Source: Syntrophales bacterium
GTDB taxonomy: Bacteria; Desulfobacterota; Syntrophia; Syntrophales; UBA2210
Direction of reading: 5' to 3'
Length of the DNA stretch: 64,000 bases
Assembly: GCA_963662405.2 (NCBI GenBank)
Contig: CAXXKT010000001.1
Coordinates: 320,001-384,000, forward strand
In this document: piece by piece, positions 1 to 9,404 of the stretch
How the letters are laid out: each line of letters begins with the position of its first letter
How positions within the stretch are numbered: the first letter of the stretch is position 1
The notes under the pieces: generated by a model
The model's database searches: none
Seen by the model: only the letters and a program-made list of their open reading frames with translations
Told to the model about the DNA's origin: nothing
Program-made: the position numbers and the translations under genes

Positions 1-1
1 T

Positions 2-2047
2 TGGCGCATAAACGCGGATGGCTCCGGGGCAGTATCTCTTGTCGCAAACCCCGGAATCCAAGACTACTATCCCATATATCATAATGCTAACAATATGCTA
101 TATGCGCAGTGGGACTCTTCAACTGAACCCCATCCAGACAAGATTTATAACTTGGACATCTCAGAGGGAGTGCCGGGTGTGCCCACCAAGTTAGGACTGA
201 ACTCTGATGGAAATGAATACGAAGATGCAGATGCTTTTCCGGTTGTTGATCTTATTGGTTTCTCAAGCACCAGAAAAAACGGATGGCCGGATTACGACCT
301 ATACATTGCAGGAGACAGCGGATCACCGTTCGGCGAGATTGCAAATGCAAACTCAACACTTGGCGAACTTGGCGGAGCCTACTCACCATACGCTTATGCC
401 AGGAAACTCAAGATGATCTCACCGGCAGATGACACAACCCTGATAGCTGGTTCCTCATACACTCTGAAAGTGAGGGCCTATTCAAACGGAGGTGTCTGGT
501 CGGGGGCAAATCCGTCTGTAACATTTCAGGGGCAGAGTTCGCAAACATATACAACTTTGAGAGATGATGGCATAGGGGGTGATAAAGCCTCTGGTGATGG
601 CATTTATTCTAAAACAGTCACGTTGCCATTAACAACAGGTGACTATTCCGTCACCTCCACCGCGGTTTCTTACGATAGTGGCTTCGAGAATAATATCGGA
701 TCCAGAACAACTGGAGTTACTCTTGCTAGCAGTGGCAATGAAACTAGAATTATTAGTTTATCGGGCAACTTGGTTTTTGGGAGTGTAATGGTGGGCCAGC
801 CAGCGCAACAGACCCTGACGATTTATAACAATGGGACCGATACACTGATGATTTCCGACATCAGCTATCCCGAGGGTTTCAGCGGGGACTGGGATGATGG
901 ATCGATCAACCCAGGAGATTATCAAGATATCATTGTTATTTTTGCACCGACAGAAGAAAAAGGCTATGGTGATACGATCACGGTCAGTTCGAACGCGACG
1001 GGTGGGGACAACACCATATCCTGTTCGGGAACGGGGACGACAATTTCCACAGCTGGCATACCTTCAAGCATCGATGTTCCGACGAGCGACGGCGACGGCA
1101 ACTATACGGTGCGTTGGGGGGCATCCAGCACTGTCAATGTTATATATGTTTTGGAAGAGGCCACGAATGACGAATTTTCCAGTGGTCTTCGGGAAGCATA
1201 TTCTGGATCTTCCCTCAGCACGACGATCATCGAACGTAGCAGTGGTACGACCTATTACTATCGTGTGAAAGCGACTCGGAGCGGCTATACTGACAGTACC
1301 TGGCGGGAAAGTACGAATGGATGTGCGGTGACGGGTACTGACCCCAAGTTGTGTTGTGATATGGACTATGTTCCCTGTTCATCAGGGGGACCTTGTTATC
1401 CCTTTGATTACGAGGGATATCACTTGCCCCCATCTTGGTGCCCGGGTACGGATACTGGCTCCGATCCCGGTGGTTGCTGCAAGGCGATTATAATCATCGG
1501 TGACCATCCAGATGATCAAGTGAGGGCATTTCAGACGGGGAGTAGAATCGGAATCAAGATTATGATTTTAGTCGGAGGCGCTTTCTGGGCCGAGGATGTC
1601 TCGACAACAGGAATCGGTCTAGGAACCTATTCCACGGAGATTGAAGCACGCGAGGGTGGCTACCCGTCGGTCTTTGCGGAAAATAAGTATTATGCAGACT
1701 ACGAGGAACAGACTGAAGTGACCGCTATTCAGTCCGATACTGTGTGTGCGGTTCCTCCAGCGAGCAGAGCAAGGATTGTCAGATCTGTAGCAACAAGCCT
1801 GACTTCTGGGTATGTAATAACGCCCACTGATATAGAGGAGGTGCGCGCTTACTGGGCGATCAACATCCCAAAAGTCCGCATTGATCCATCTCTGATTGAA
1901 GATGGATCGCTTATCTCCGTGATAATCGAATTGCTGGATTCTACAGGCGCTGTGGTCTGCGAACGTGTCTACGATATTGCCTATGTAGGCTGTCAACGGG
2001 CCATGCCCTGGATACCGTTACTGTTGCTTAGAAATCCAGAAGAGTGA
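2..2047 (+). CDS. 5'-truncated secreted multidomain protein (TolB/PD40-like repeats, choice-of-anchor X-like, ASH/choice-of-anchor D Ig, FN3, Cys-rich region, C-terminal MPWIPLLLL)
   Basis: Frame open from base 2 (WRINADGSGAVSLVANPGIQDYYP...); motifs LRDDGIGGDKASGDGIYS, LVFGSVMVGQPAQQTLTIYNNG, YYYRVKA, AMPWIPLLLL. Confidence 0.75.
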   Translation, partial: WRINADGSGAVSLVANPGIQDYYPIYHNANNMLYAQWDSSTEPHPDKIYNLDISEGVPGVPTKLGLNSDGNEYEDADAFPVVDLIGFSSTRKNGWPDYDLYIAGDSGSPFGEIANANSTLGELGGAYSPYAYARKLKMISPADDTTLIAGSSYTLKVRAYSNGGVWSGANPSVTFQGQSSQTYTTLRDDGIGGDKASGDGIYSKTVTLPLTTGDYSVTSTAVSYDSGFENNIGSRTTGVTLASSGNETRIISLSGNLVFGSVMVGQPAQQTLTIYNNGTDTLMISDISYPEGFSGDWDDGSINPGDYQDIIVIFAPTEEKGYGDTITVSSNATGGDNTISCSGTGTTISTAGIPSSIDVPTSDGDGNYTVRWGASSTVNVIYVLEEATNDEFSSGLREAYSGSSLSTTIIERSSGTTYYYRVKATRSGYTDSTWRESTNGCAVTGTDPKLCCDMDYVPCSSGGPCYPFDYEGYHLPPSWCPGTDTGSDPGGCCKAIIIIGDHPDDQVRAFQTGSRIGIKIMILVGGAFWAEDVSTTGIGLGTYSTEIEAREGGYPSVFAENKYYADYEEQTEVTAIQSDTVCAVPPASRARIVRSVATSLTSGYVITPTDIEEVRAYWAINIPKVRIDPSLIEDGSLISVIIELLDSTGAVVCERVYDIAYVGCQRAMPWIPLLLLRNPEE

Positions 2048-2374
2048 TAGTGATCCTTTCAGTTCGGTTTTTGGTAATTGATATTTTGTTCTTGTTCCTT
2101 TTTGTTGATTTCCATATGTAATATAGCATTACGATTGTAGTGCCTCAAAACAACACTTCAGGAAGAAACCTTTTCTACCCGAAAACCTCCAAAACAATTC
2201 ATGCATATTACGTTCATTTTTTACTACCCGAGCTTTTGAAACTATTAACAAATCTCAACATCTAATATCGTTACGATCTGTAATCATTATGCAAATAATG
2301 TAACTAATCGGTCAGCTTGGGACACAGCGCTAATGCTCTCCTTGCGTCTCGCGTGTTCGTTCTCATTTTCCACG

Positions 2375-2986
2375 TCACTTCCTTTTTGTATTTTTGTTTT
2401 TGCGGTTATGAATCCATTTTTCTACCCTCTGAAACGCCTCGTCCCTTGATGGATCATCGTCACGGATTCTTTCAAGCTGAGAGATCGCTATCTCGGCGTA
2501 GTGTACTGCCAGCTTTCTATCTCTTCCGCGATTGGTCCCTTCTGTTGCCCCCTGACAGTCAGATTGTCCACCGTTATCGCCGGTATAGGTCGCTTCCCTT
2601 GCTATCTTATACACATGGGCCGCAGTAACCTTACCTTCCGGTGCGGTTTCAACGGCCTTCTGCCAAACCTCACGCTGCTTTTCAGGCTCAAGCCTGGCGA
2701 GGGGACGGGTTTGGCGTTCTGAAGAAGGAGTAATGTCTCCCATGGGAGACAAAACTTCTATCACTTTTGCCGAATCCATTAGTCGGTATGCATGAGCTCG
2801 GTTAAAATCCCACTCCTTCTTACAGTATGCCTCGAATGTCTCGTACCCCTTCACGTCCCGGTACAATCCCCGATCCCGGATCTCCATCAAGGCACGGCCA
2901 ACCTCATAGAAGGTCTGCTGACCACGACGAATAATATCTTCCAAGTGTTCCATGTCTTGCCTGTTCCTCACAATAGTCAACTCCAT
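2375..2986 (-). CDS. Phage/mobile-element DNA-binding protein (DUF3102-like)
   Basis: FYEVGRALMEIRD...TFEAYCKKEWDFNRAHAYRLM...SERQTRPL pattern; SD GGAGG upstream. Confidence 0.6.
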   Translation of the reverse strand: MELTIVRNRQDMEHLEDIIRRGQQTFYEVGRALMEIRDRGLYRDVKGYETFEAYCKKEWDFNRAHAYRLMDSAKVIEVLSPMGDITPSSERQTRPLARLEPEKQREVWQKAVETAPEGKVTAAHVYKIAREATYTGDNGGQSDCQGATEGTNRGRDRKLAVHYAEIAISQLERIRDDDPSRDEAFQRVEKWIHNRKNKNTKRK

Positions 2987-3244
2987 ATCTCATTACCTCC
3001 TCAGCCGGTAATCCGGCAGGTTAATCTTTAATATCTTCATTACTGCCATGTGAGACGCGATCCGCCTCGACACCTCACCTTTTCCCTTGCTCTTCAACAA
3101 TTGTTCCTTACCTTTTTCTACCTTTCCTTACCGTTTAATCCCTCGTTTTTCCCTTTTGAGATTCTCATTGTTGTATACGAGAACCTGACAAAACCTAATG
3201 TCAAAATCCAATTTGTCTTGTAAGTTGAAAAGTAAATCCTCCAA

Positions 3245-4972
3245 TTATTGTCGCGCCATTTCATCAAACCGCGAGTACTCCCCGTGGAAGTAAAGCAAAC
3301 ACTCTCCCCCACTGTTGTAACGGCTTGCCTCAATCCTCACCAGCGTCACAGGGTCATAGGCTTCTGTCGCCAGTTCTCCTCTGTTTCCCTGGCTCCTGGC
3401 TCGGTGCAAGATGATCAGGTGATCGCAATCGGAAAATATTGATGAAGAATCCTTCAGATCCATTGCGGTCATGATGCTATCGGCTTGGATCTTCCGGGGC
3501 TGTGCTATCAGGATGATGGGGATTTCGAGTTCTTCAGCAAGAAATTTGAATGACTGGACCGCTTGCCCGATTTCCTGCACTTGGTTGGTTATAGACCGAC
3601 AAAGAAAGTGGAGGTGGTCAAATGCGATTAACTTCAGGCCATAGCGCCGGATCGCTGCTTTCAGTGTCTCCATGACCCCTTCAAGTGTAGGTCTCTGATA
3701 GCAATATCCCAAATAAAAGGGTTTTCCCTTGAAGCTGTTTTGTACCTTTTTGAGTTCATCCAAACCAATCTCCTCTGCCTCGTTATAACATTGCATTACC
3801 TTACGTATGATCTTTGTTGGTCTCATTTCGAGGCAGAAGAAAAGAGAGGGGATATTCTGAAGGACATTATGAGTGACAACCTGTAAGGCAAGGGTTGACT
3901 TTCCAATCTTCGGGGGCGCGGATAGAACGACCAGTTCCCCTGGCATGAATCCCGTTTTGATGATCCGGTCAATATCAGCCCAGCCGGTTCGAATCCCTGT
4001 TTCTTGTTCGAGCCGTTGTGCTTCTTCACGGTACTTTTTAAGCCCTTCGGCAAATGACACGATCCCGGCAACATCAAATTGGCGTGCCTCACTGACCGCG
4101 TCCGAGAATTCGGCATGACCGCTCCCATCTCGGAACAAATCGTTTACGTCCTGGCCACCTGGTAAAACCACATTGAAGCACCGATCATAACCAAGGCGCC
4201 GGGCCACTTCCCGGGCTCCCTTCTGTCCGGGTTCGTCCGGGTCATAGCAAAGGTATATTTTTTTCACGGCTTGAAGCTGGTCGACCCATGACGGATCGAA
4301 TGAACCCGCTCCGGTAGTAACTCCCACAACGTTTTTCAAACCCTGATCGATCAGTGTCAGTGCGTCAATTTCACCCTCAGTGATAAAGATTTCCTCTGGG
4401 TGATCTTCTAGGGCATTGCCGTTGAAGAGGATCGACCGACAACCCTTCTCACGTCGGAAGGTCTTTTCCACGGGGGGTAGAGACCGGCTCTTGATATTTA
4501 TCAAACGACCCTTCTCATAGTGGGGGATGGTCAACCATCGGCCTCCGTCCTTATCAATCTGCAAGCCGATTTTGAAAGCCTTGACGGTCTCCATGCTGAT
4601 TCCTCTGGCCTCCGTTATGTATCTCAGAGCTTCTGAATCGGTCACGAGACGCTCATGGGCTTCTACGGCCTTCTTATCGTCCGGCACGATAGAAGGGGTT
4701 TCTTTGTCCTCGAAAGCCTGCCTGACGGCCCCTTGTGGCTTCTGGTTCATGTGTCTGGTCCCTCGCTGTGTTTCATAGTCCCCATAATATTTTCGAAGGG
4801 TGATGAGGTTTCCCCGCTCCTGGCATTTGTGGCAATAAAAAGCGCCTTCTCCCGGATCCATGTAGAAATGGCCCTTCGCGTCTCCGCAAAAGGGACAAAT
4901 TTTCAGGACCGCCTGTCCCGATTGAATCCGGTACTCAAAGCTCTTGCTCTGAATGTATTCGAGTGCTGTCAT
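3245..4972 (-). CDS. Bifunctional primase-helicase (T7 gp4/Twinkle-like: Zn finger + TOPRIM + SF4 helicase)
   Basis: CPFC...CHKC; EGEIDALT and DPD TOPRIM motifs; Walker A APPKIGKST; Walker B LIAFDHLH; DLKDSSSI. Confidence 0.9.
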   Translation of the reverse strand: MTALEYIQSKSFEYRIQSGQAVLKICPFCGDAKGHFYMDPGEGAFYCHKCQERGNLITLRKYYGDYETQRGTRHMNQKPQGAVRQAFEDKETPSIVPDDKKAVEAHERLVTDSEALRYITEARGISMETVKAFKIGLQIDKDGGRWLTIPHYEKGRLINIKSRSLPPVEKTFRREKGCRSILFNGNALEDHPEEIFITEGEIDALTLIDQGLKNVVGVTTGAGSFDPSWVDQLQAVKKIYLCYDPDEPGQKGAREVARRLGYDRCFNVVLPGGQDVNDLFRDGSGHAEFSDAVSEARQFDVAGIVSFAEGLKKYREEAQRLEQETGIRTGWADIDRIIKTGFMPGELVVLSAPPKIGKSTLALQVVTHNVLQNIPSLFFCLEMRPTKIIRKVMQCYNEAEEIGLDELKKVQNSFKGKPFYLGYCYQRPTLEGVMETLKAAIRRYGLKLIAFDHLHFLCRSITNQVQEIGQAVQSFKFLAEELEIPIILIAQPRKIQADSIMTAMDLKDSSSIFSDCDHLIILHRARSQGNRGELATEAYDPVTLVRIEASRYNSGGECLLYFHGEYSRFDEMARQ

Positions 4973-5766
4973 ATAATGTTAATCCCCTTGTCTCGATAAT
5001 AATCATCAAGGGCACGGCTCCCTGTTGATTTCATGGTATGACCGTCTCTCTCACTTTCTTCCGGTTTCAGATTGCGTATGATCCCCAGGAGATACTTTTC
5101 GTTCTTCCCCTGTCCAGCATACCCCTTTTCGAGGTAAGCCCTGATTCCCGTCATTACCGATTCAATCGGGTATTGATTCCATGCCTGTAGGATGGATAAC
5201 TTCACACTATCTGTAATCTGGTTTGTTTTTCTGATCGATGCTATGGCCTGAAATACCTGGTTAATAGTTTCCTGATCCTGATATCTGTCTCTCATGACAG
5301 AGATTTCAGAAAGAATTTCTTCGGGAGTTCTTTTTTTCTTTTCTTTCTTTAACTTCTTATTTGTGTGCACCTGTTGTGCGTCTGTTGTAACGTCTGGTGC
5401 TACGTCTGTTGTATCAATTTCTATTTCTGTTGATTGATATTTATCATAATTACAAATAGTTATTATGATAAATCTGTTGCTACGACTGATGTAACACATA
5501 CCCCGTACTTCGAGTGAGGTGAGAAATGAGTTCACTCGTCTTCTTGACCAGCCAAAAAGTTCCGACAGTTTGAGCGCTGATATGATGAATTGTCCTCGAT
5601 CCACTTGGATATACTGATTCCTAAAATTCACGATCCCGTGCTTATAGTTCGCGCGAGAATATATATATGTCCACGCGTAACCATCACACCACGGTTTACG
5701 CTCAGATATTTCATGATGGAATTGATCTCGCCAGAGTTTGACCCATCCAGAATCTTTACCGCTCAT
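4969..5766 (-). CDS. Phage-type replication initiator / replisome organizer
   Basis: N-terminal GWVKLWR...RGQF...LSELFGWSRRRV...ITICNYDKYQ winged helix, followed by a repetitive linker; overlaps the helicase start by 4 bp. Confidence 0.75.
   Translation of the reverse strand: MSGKDSGWVKLWRDQFHHEISERKPWCDGYAWTYIYSRANYKHGIVNFRNQYIQVDRGQFIISALKLSELFGWSRRRVNSFLTSLEVRGMCYISRSNRFIIITICNYDKYQSTEIEIDTTDVAPDVTTDAQQVHTNKKLKKEKKKRTPEEILSEISVMRDRYQDQETINQVFQAIASIRKTNQITDSVKLSILQAWNQYPIESVMTGIRAYLEKGYAGQGKNEKYLLGIIRNLKPEESERDGHTMKSTGSRALDDYYRDKGINII
5371..5415. repeat. Four ~12-bp direct repeats (CTGTTGT..CGT), putative iterons of the element origin
   Basis: ctgttgtgcgt-ctgttgtaacgt-ctggtgctacgt-ctgttgtatc inside the initiator gene, flanked by AT-rich tracts. 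Confidence 0.6.
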
Positions 5767-6004
5767 AGTACCGCTCCAAGAAGGAGAATAGATCCTCCTT
5801 CAGATTATTGCTTTTGCTCAAAATTCCGAAAAGGGAGATGAAGCCATCCCGATCAAGGTCAATTCCGGTGTATCGCCCTGTGCTGCAGGCAATCCTTAAA
5901 GGCACATCGGCGCTGCTGTCCGAAGCGTAGAAGAAATCAGCAAGTTGCTCAACCCTCGCCGCGTTTATGACACTACTCTCGTCATCTCCCGTTTTATTTG
6001 GCAT
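5756..6004 (-). CDS. Hypothetical protein of the element
   Basis: 82-aa ORF tightly packed in the co-directional operon. Confidence 0.5.
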   Translation of the reverse strand: MPNKTGDDESSVINAARVEQLADFFYASDSSADVPLRIACSTGRYTGIDLDRDGFISLFGILSKSNNLKEDLFSFLERYYER

Positions 6005-6010
6005 CGATCA

Positions 6011-6196
6011 TCACGCCTCCGTAGGCTCAGATGGTAAAGGACCGTCCATGCCGCAACGCCGCCTGATTCGGGTTAATTTACGATCCCGGTTCTTGAGTTC
6101 TCGATTATGCAGAACTGATAGACCCCTCCGTAAAGCCACCTTATACTCGTCATTTGCCAGCACTATAAGTCCATCCTGGGTCATAATCTCTTTCAT
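6011..6196 (-). CDS. Hypothetical protein of the element
   Basis: 61-aa ORF, ATGA overlap with the upstream HTH gene, GAGGTG SD. Confidence 0.5.
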   Translation of the reverse strand: MKEIMTQDGLIVLANDEYKVALRRGLSVLHNRELKNRDRKLTRIRRRCGMDGPLPSEPTEA

Positions 6197-6384
6197 GTCC
6201 GCACCTCGATTTTCCGTGATTCCATATATTCAACGACATCCTGCAGAGAATATCTGATGGACCGGCCTGCCCTTGAAAAATTTATCCCGCGTTTCAAATG
6301 TCTGTTATTACGCAGGGTTGAAAGCGCAATGCCGGTCATCTGCGATACCTCTCGTTCATTTAAATACTTAATTTTGTTTTCCAT
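6193..6384 (-). CDS. Excisionase-like HTH protein (HTH_17/AlpA-like)
   Basis: YLNEREVSQMTGIALSTLRNNR...GRSIRY. Confidence 0.8.
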   Translation of the reverse strand: MENKIKYLNEREVSQMTGIALSTLRNNRHLKRGINFSRAGRSIRYSLQDVVEYMESRKIEVRT

Positions 6385-6385
6385 A

Positions 6386-6595
6386 TTACTCGCCCTCGCA
6401 AATTGCCCGGATATCTTCAGCTCGCCAACATGTCACTCGTGGTGATAGTTTGACTGGTTTAGGGAAACGGCCGTCCTTTACTCCAAGCCACCAGTTTGAA
6501 CGGGAGACTGGAACGAACTTTAGGACCTGGCGGATCCTCAATAAGCCGGTTTGGGGAAGGTCTTGTATTTCAGGGATTTTCTGATCTTTTGGCAT
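6386..6595 (-). CDS. alpA: AlpA family phage regulatory protein
   Basis: LLRIRQVLKFVPVSRSNWWLGVKDGRFPKPVKLSPRVTCWR signature; AGGAGG SD. Confidence 0.9.
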   Translation of the reverse strand: MPKDQKIPEIQDLPQTGLLRIRQVLKFVPVSRSNWWLGVKDGRFPKPVKLSPRVTCWRAEDIRAICEGE

Positions 6596-6655
6596 TGGCT
6601 ATCCTCCTGCGTGGTCTTGTATTGTCTTTTGGAGAACATATACACGAGGGGATAT

Positions 6656-6699
6656 GACGGTAAGCAGCTTACCCGGATTCCAGTAAGCCGCTTACCGTC
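6656..6699. promoter_or_regulatory. Pair of palindromic operator-like sites GTAAGCnGCTTAC upstream of alpA
   Basis: GTAAGCAGCTTAC 6660-6672 and GTAAGCCGCTTAC 6683-6695 inside a 17-bp-arm inverted repeat. Confidence 0.6.
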
Positions 6700-6742
6700 C
6701 AACTTTTTTATGGATTGTATTTATTTGATTATGTGAGGATTT

Positions 6743-7936
6743 TTAGTTTTCTTGATCTTTGAGACGTTTCTTAGCTATTGGAATATATGATTTTTTAAAT
6801 GTTGAAAAAGCTATTGATTTTTCTGGTTTATTAGGGTTTCTCACATCGCGACTTCCATTCCATCGAGAGTAAACTCTTTTCTCATAACAGTACACCTCCC
6901 ATCCACATCCATCTACATTAACATTAATACATGAATCCTCTTTAACGTCTCTGCTAAAAGATTTCAAAACTCGTTCGTTACTATGCTCGGCTATTTGGGG
7001 TTTGCGCTGTAAAAATCGAATGACTGCCCCTAGAATCGGCTTATTATCCTTTGGTTGTTCTCCGCCTTTTTTGCCTATCCCTCTAAGATGTTCATCGATT
7101 GCAGAAGGTTTTTCCTGTTTGCCAGTTGGCGGTTTTTTTATGGGGATTAATGCAAAAGGCTCTGGGACAGCATACCCATTGTCCAAAGCCCAACCAAGAA
7201 AATCAGGAGGAGAAATGGTCACATCATCACATTTATCTCGGCCAGACATGGCAGAGTTATACTGATCAACAGGGTTTTTACTTTGGAGCCTTTCATCCCC
7301 CGCTTCATATCCTCGCATTGCTGTTTGCAGAAGTTTAGAGTACGCGTTCTTTTTGGAGTTCAGCCACTTTTCAATAATATTTTGAAACCCTTGATGCTTA
7401 CGTAAAAACAGCTGAAATTTATGGCCACTTATTACTTCACCGGGATTGAGATTCTTCCATAAGAATAGATTTAACTTACTTCTCGCGAAATTTTTTATAT
7501 CCACATCTGGATTGATATCGGCCAGTAAGGAGCAGGCCTCCCTCAGGGTCCAATACGCCTGTCTTTTCCAATGCGTGTAGTCTGGTCGCACAGCTTCTTC
7601 TATTTCCCCGATAATTCTCCCATCTGCTTTATCAGCCTTGCTTGCCAAAATCCCCTTTTCGTTAGTCCGTGCCCATTTGTCTATATCTTCTTCAGGCATC
7701 GTATTGAGCTCTCGTTCGAGTGACTCGCCTGTTAAGCTATTCAGATAAATAACTCTGTCCACCCTATCATTGCTTTCGGCCACCGGGACATCTCTCAGCG
7801 TTTTGAGCTTCCGCAACTGCTCTCTGTCTTTCTTAACCGCTTCCAGATTGGCCTTCCTGATAAGCTCTCGTTTCTCTTTCTCCCTCTCGGCCTCCTCGTT
7901 ACGTGCATTGACTCGCTCTTTGTCCTTGTGTTTCAC
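6743..7936 (-). CDS. Hypothetical protein between integrase and alpA (possible regulator)
   Basis: 397-aa AT-rich ORF with WTLREACSLLADINP segment; GGAGG upstream of GTG start. Confidence 0.7.
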   Translation of the reverse strand: MKHKDKERVNARNEEAEREKEKRELIRKANLEAVKKDREQLRKLKTLRDVPVAESNDRVDRVIYLNSLTGESLERELNTMPEEDIDKWARTNEKGILASKADKADGRIIGEIEEAVRPDYTHWKRQAYWTLREACSLLADINPDVDIKNFARSKLNLFLWKNLNPGEVISGHKFQLFLRKHQGFQNIIEKWLNSKKNAYSKLLQTAMRGYEAGDERLQSKNPVDQYNSAMSGRDKCDDVTISPPDFLGWALDNGYAVPEPFALIPIKKPPTGKQEKPSAIDEHLRGIGKKGGEQPKDNKPILGAVIRFLQRKPQIAEHSNERVLKSFSRDVKEDSCINVNVDGCGWEVYCYEKRVYSRWNGSRDVRNPNKPEKSIAFSTFKKSYIPIAKKRLKDQEN

Positions 7937-7975
7937 GTTTCTTATCCGCCCCCTCCGCGGTCCCTGTAGTTTGTA

Positions 7976-8026
7976 GGGGGAAAGCGGCCAGGGTCGCCGC
8001 AGTTCGGCCTGCAGAGCCTATCCCCC
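7976..8026 (-). ncRNA. Structured RNA downstream of integrase (three-way junction, int-alpA-motif-like)
   Basis: GGGGGA-UA-GGC[UCUGCAG]GCC-GAACU-GCGGC[GACCCUG]GCCGC-UU-UCCCCC. Confidence 0.5.
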
Positions 8027-8037
8027 ACTTTCTCATG

Positions 8038-9255
8038 TCACTCCTTTACCAACTTGAAGGGGAGCACGTTGGCACCGATTTTCAACCCATCAAGATAATC
8101 TGCCCAAGTCTGCATCATCTTCCTCCGCTCTTCCAAGTGTGCTGTCCGATTGTAGGCCCTGCCGTTTGGATCCCTGACAGCATGGGCAAGCTGATGTTCG
8201 ATGAAATCCGTTCGTACCTGCAAAACTTCATCAAGGATTGTTCGCGCCATTGCCCGGAAACCATGGGCAGTCATTGTTTCTTTATCGTACCCCATACTGC
8301 GAAGCGCTGCATTGATGGCATTGTTGCTCATCGGTCGTTTAGAAGACCTCGCAGAGGGTAAGACATATTGACTTTCACCTGTTAACTGTTTCAGCTCGGC
8401 AAGTATCTCTACGGCCTGCCTACATAAGGGGACAATGTGGTCATTGTTCATTTTCATCTTGCGCGCAGGGATACACCAAATAGATTCGTCAAGATTCATT
8501 TCCTCCCATTCCGCGTGTCTCAGTTCCCCCGGGCGAACGAAAAGGAGGGGGGCAAGTCTCAGGGCACACTTGACGACAAAATGCCCCTGGTATCCTTCAA
8601 TGGCTCTCAGAAGTGGGGCAACCTCTTTGGGGTCTGTGATCGCGGCGAGGTGCTTTTTGTTCGGCTGGGGTAAAGCGCCCTTCAGATCGGCGGCAGGATC
8701 TCTTTCCGCCCTCCCCGTTGCCACTGCATATCTGAAAGCTTGCCCGGCAATGGTTCTTATTCTGTGCGCCGATTCCAGAGCTCCGCGGCTCTCCACGCGA
8801 CGTATCACCGCCAAGAGTTCAGGAGCTTTGATATCCATCATGGGTCTTTTACCAATCCATGGGAAAAGATCACGTTCCAACCGGCTCATAATTGTGGTTG
8901 CATGACCGGGTGTCCACGTTGGAGTGAATTTTTCGTGCCATTCCCGGGCAATAACTTCAAAGGTTTCCTTTTCCTCTGTCTTTGCCCGCTTCTGTGCCTT
9001 GCGAACGGCTCCCGGGTCAACTCCCTTTGCAACTTGTCTTCTGGCTTCATCACGTCTTTGTCTGGCATCAAGTAGGGATATTTCAGGGTAAGTCCCAAGG
9101 GCAAGCAGCTTTTCTTTCCTGTCAAAACGATACTTGAATCGCCAATACTTACCTCCCTGTGGTGTAACCAGGAGAAACAGGCCGTCACCGTCGAATAATT
9201 TTATCTGTTTATTTGATGGCTTAGATGAACGAACCTTCGTATCGCTAAGTGCCAT
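8038..9255 (-). CDS. P4-like tyrosine integrase (IntA/Arm-DNA-bind_3 type)
   Basis: DGDGLFLLVTPQGGKYWRFKYR arm domain; catalytic RPGE, HGFR, QLAH, AYNR. Confidence 0.97.
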   Translation of the reverse strand: MALSDTKVRSSKPSNKQIKLFDGDGLFLLVTPQGGKYWRFKYRFDRKEKLLALGTYPEISLLDARQRRDEARRQVAKGVDPGAVRKAQKRAKTEEKETFEVIAREWHEKFTPTWTPGHATTIMSRLERDLFPWIGKRPMMDIKAPELLAVIRRVESRGALESAHRIRTIAGQAFRYAVATGRAERDPAADLKGALPQPNKKHLAAITDPKEVAPLLRAIEGYQGHFVVKCALRLAPLLFVRPGELRHAEWEEMNLDESIWCIPARKMKMNNDHIVPLCRQAVEILAELKQLTGESQYVLPSARSSKRPMSNNAINAALRSMGYDKETMTAHGFRAMARTILDEVLQVRTDFIEHQLAHAVRDPNGRAYNRTAHLEERRKMMQTWADYLDGLKIGANVLPFKLVKE

Positions 9256-9273
9256 AAGGATTTCCTCCAGCTT

Positions 9274-9324
9274 TGGGGGTATCGATTTTCGGCTGGGGGT
9301 ACATTTTATGAAGAAATACCCCCA
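9274..9324. repeat. Integrase arm-type binding sites
   Basis: TGGGGGTA at 9274 and 9294, inverted TACCCCCA at 9317, between att and integrase. Confidence 0.65.
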
Positions 9325-9373
9325 ATACTGCCGGATGCTGATGGACCTTATAACACTTCATCGGATTAACGAC

Positions 9374-9404
9374 AAGAAAAAACCCGCCATCTTTAGCGGG
9401 TTCT
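9374..9404 (-). terminator. Intrinsic terminator after tmRNA
   Basis: aacccgc-taaagatg-gcgggtt followed by a U tract on the minus strand. Confidence 0.7.

Noticed and set aside
2270..2305. dif-like Xer site
   Set aside because: Only GCATAA of the XerC arm matches; no TTATGTTAAAT XerD arm
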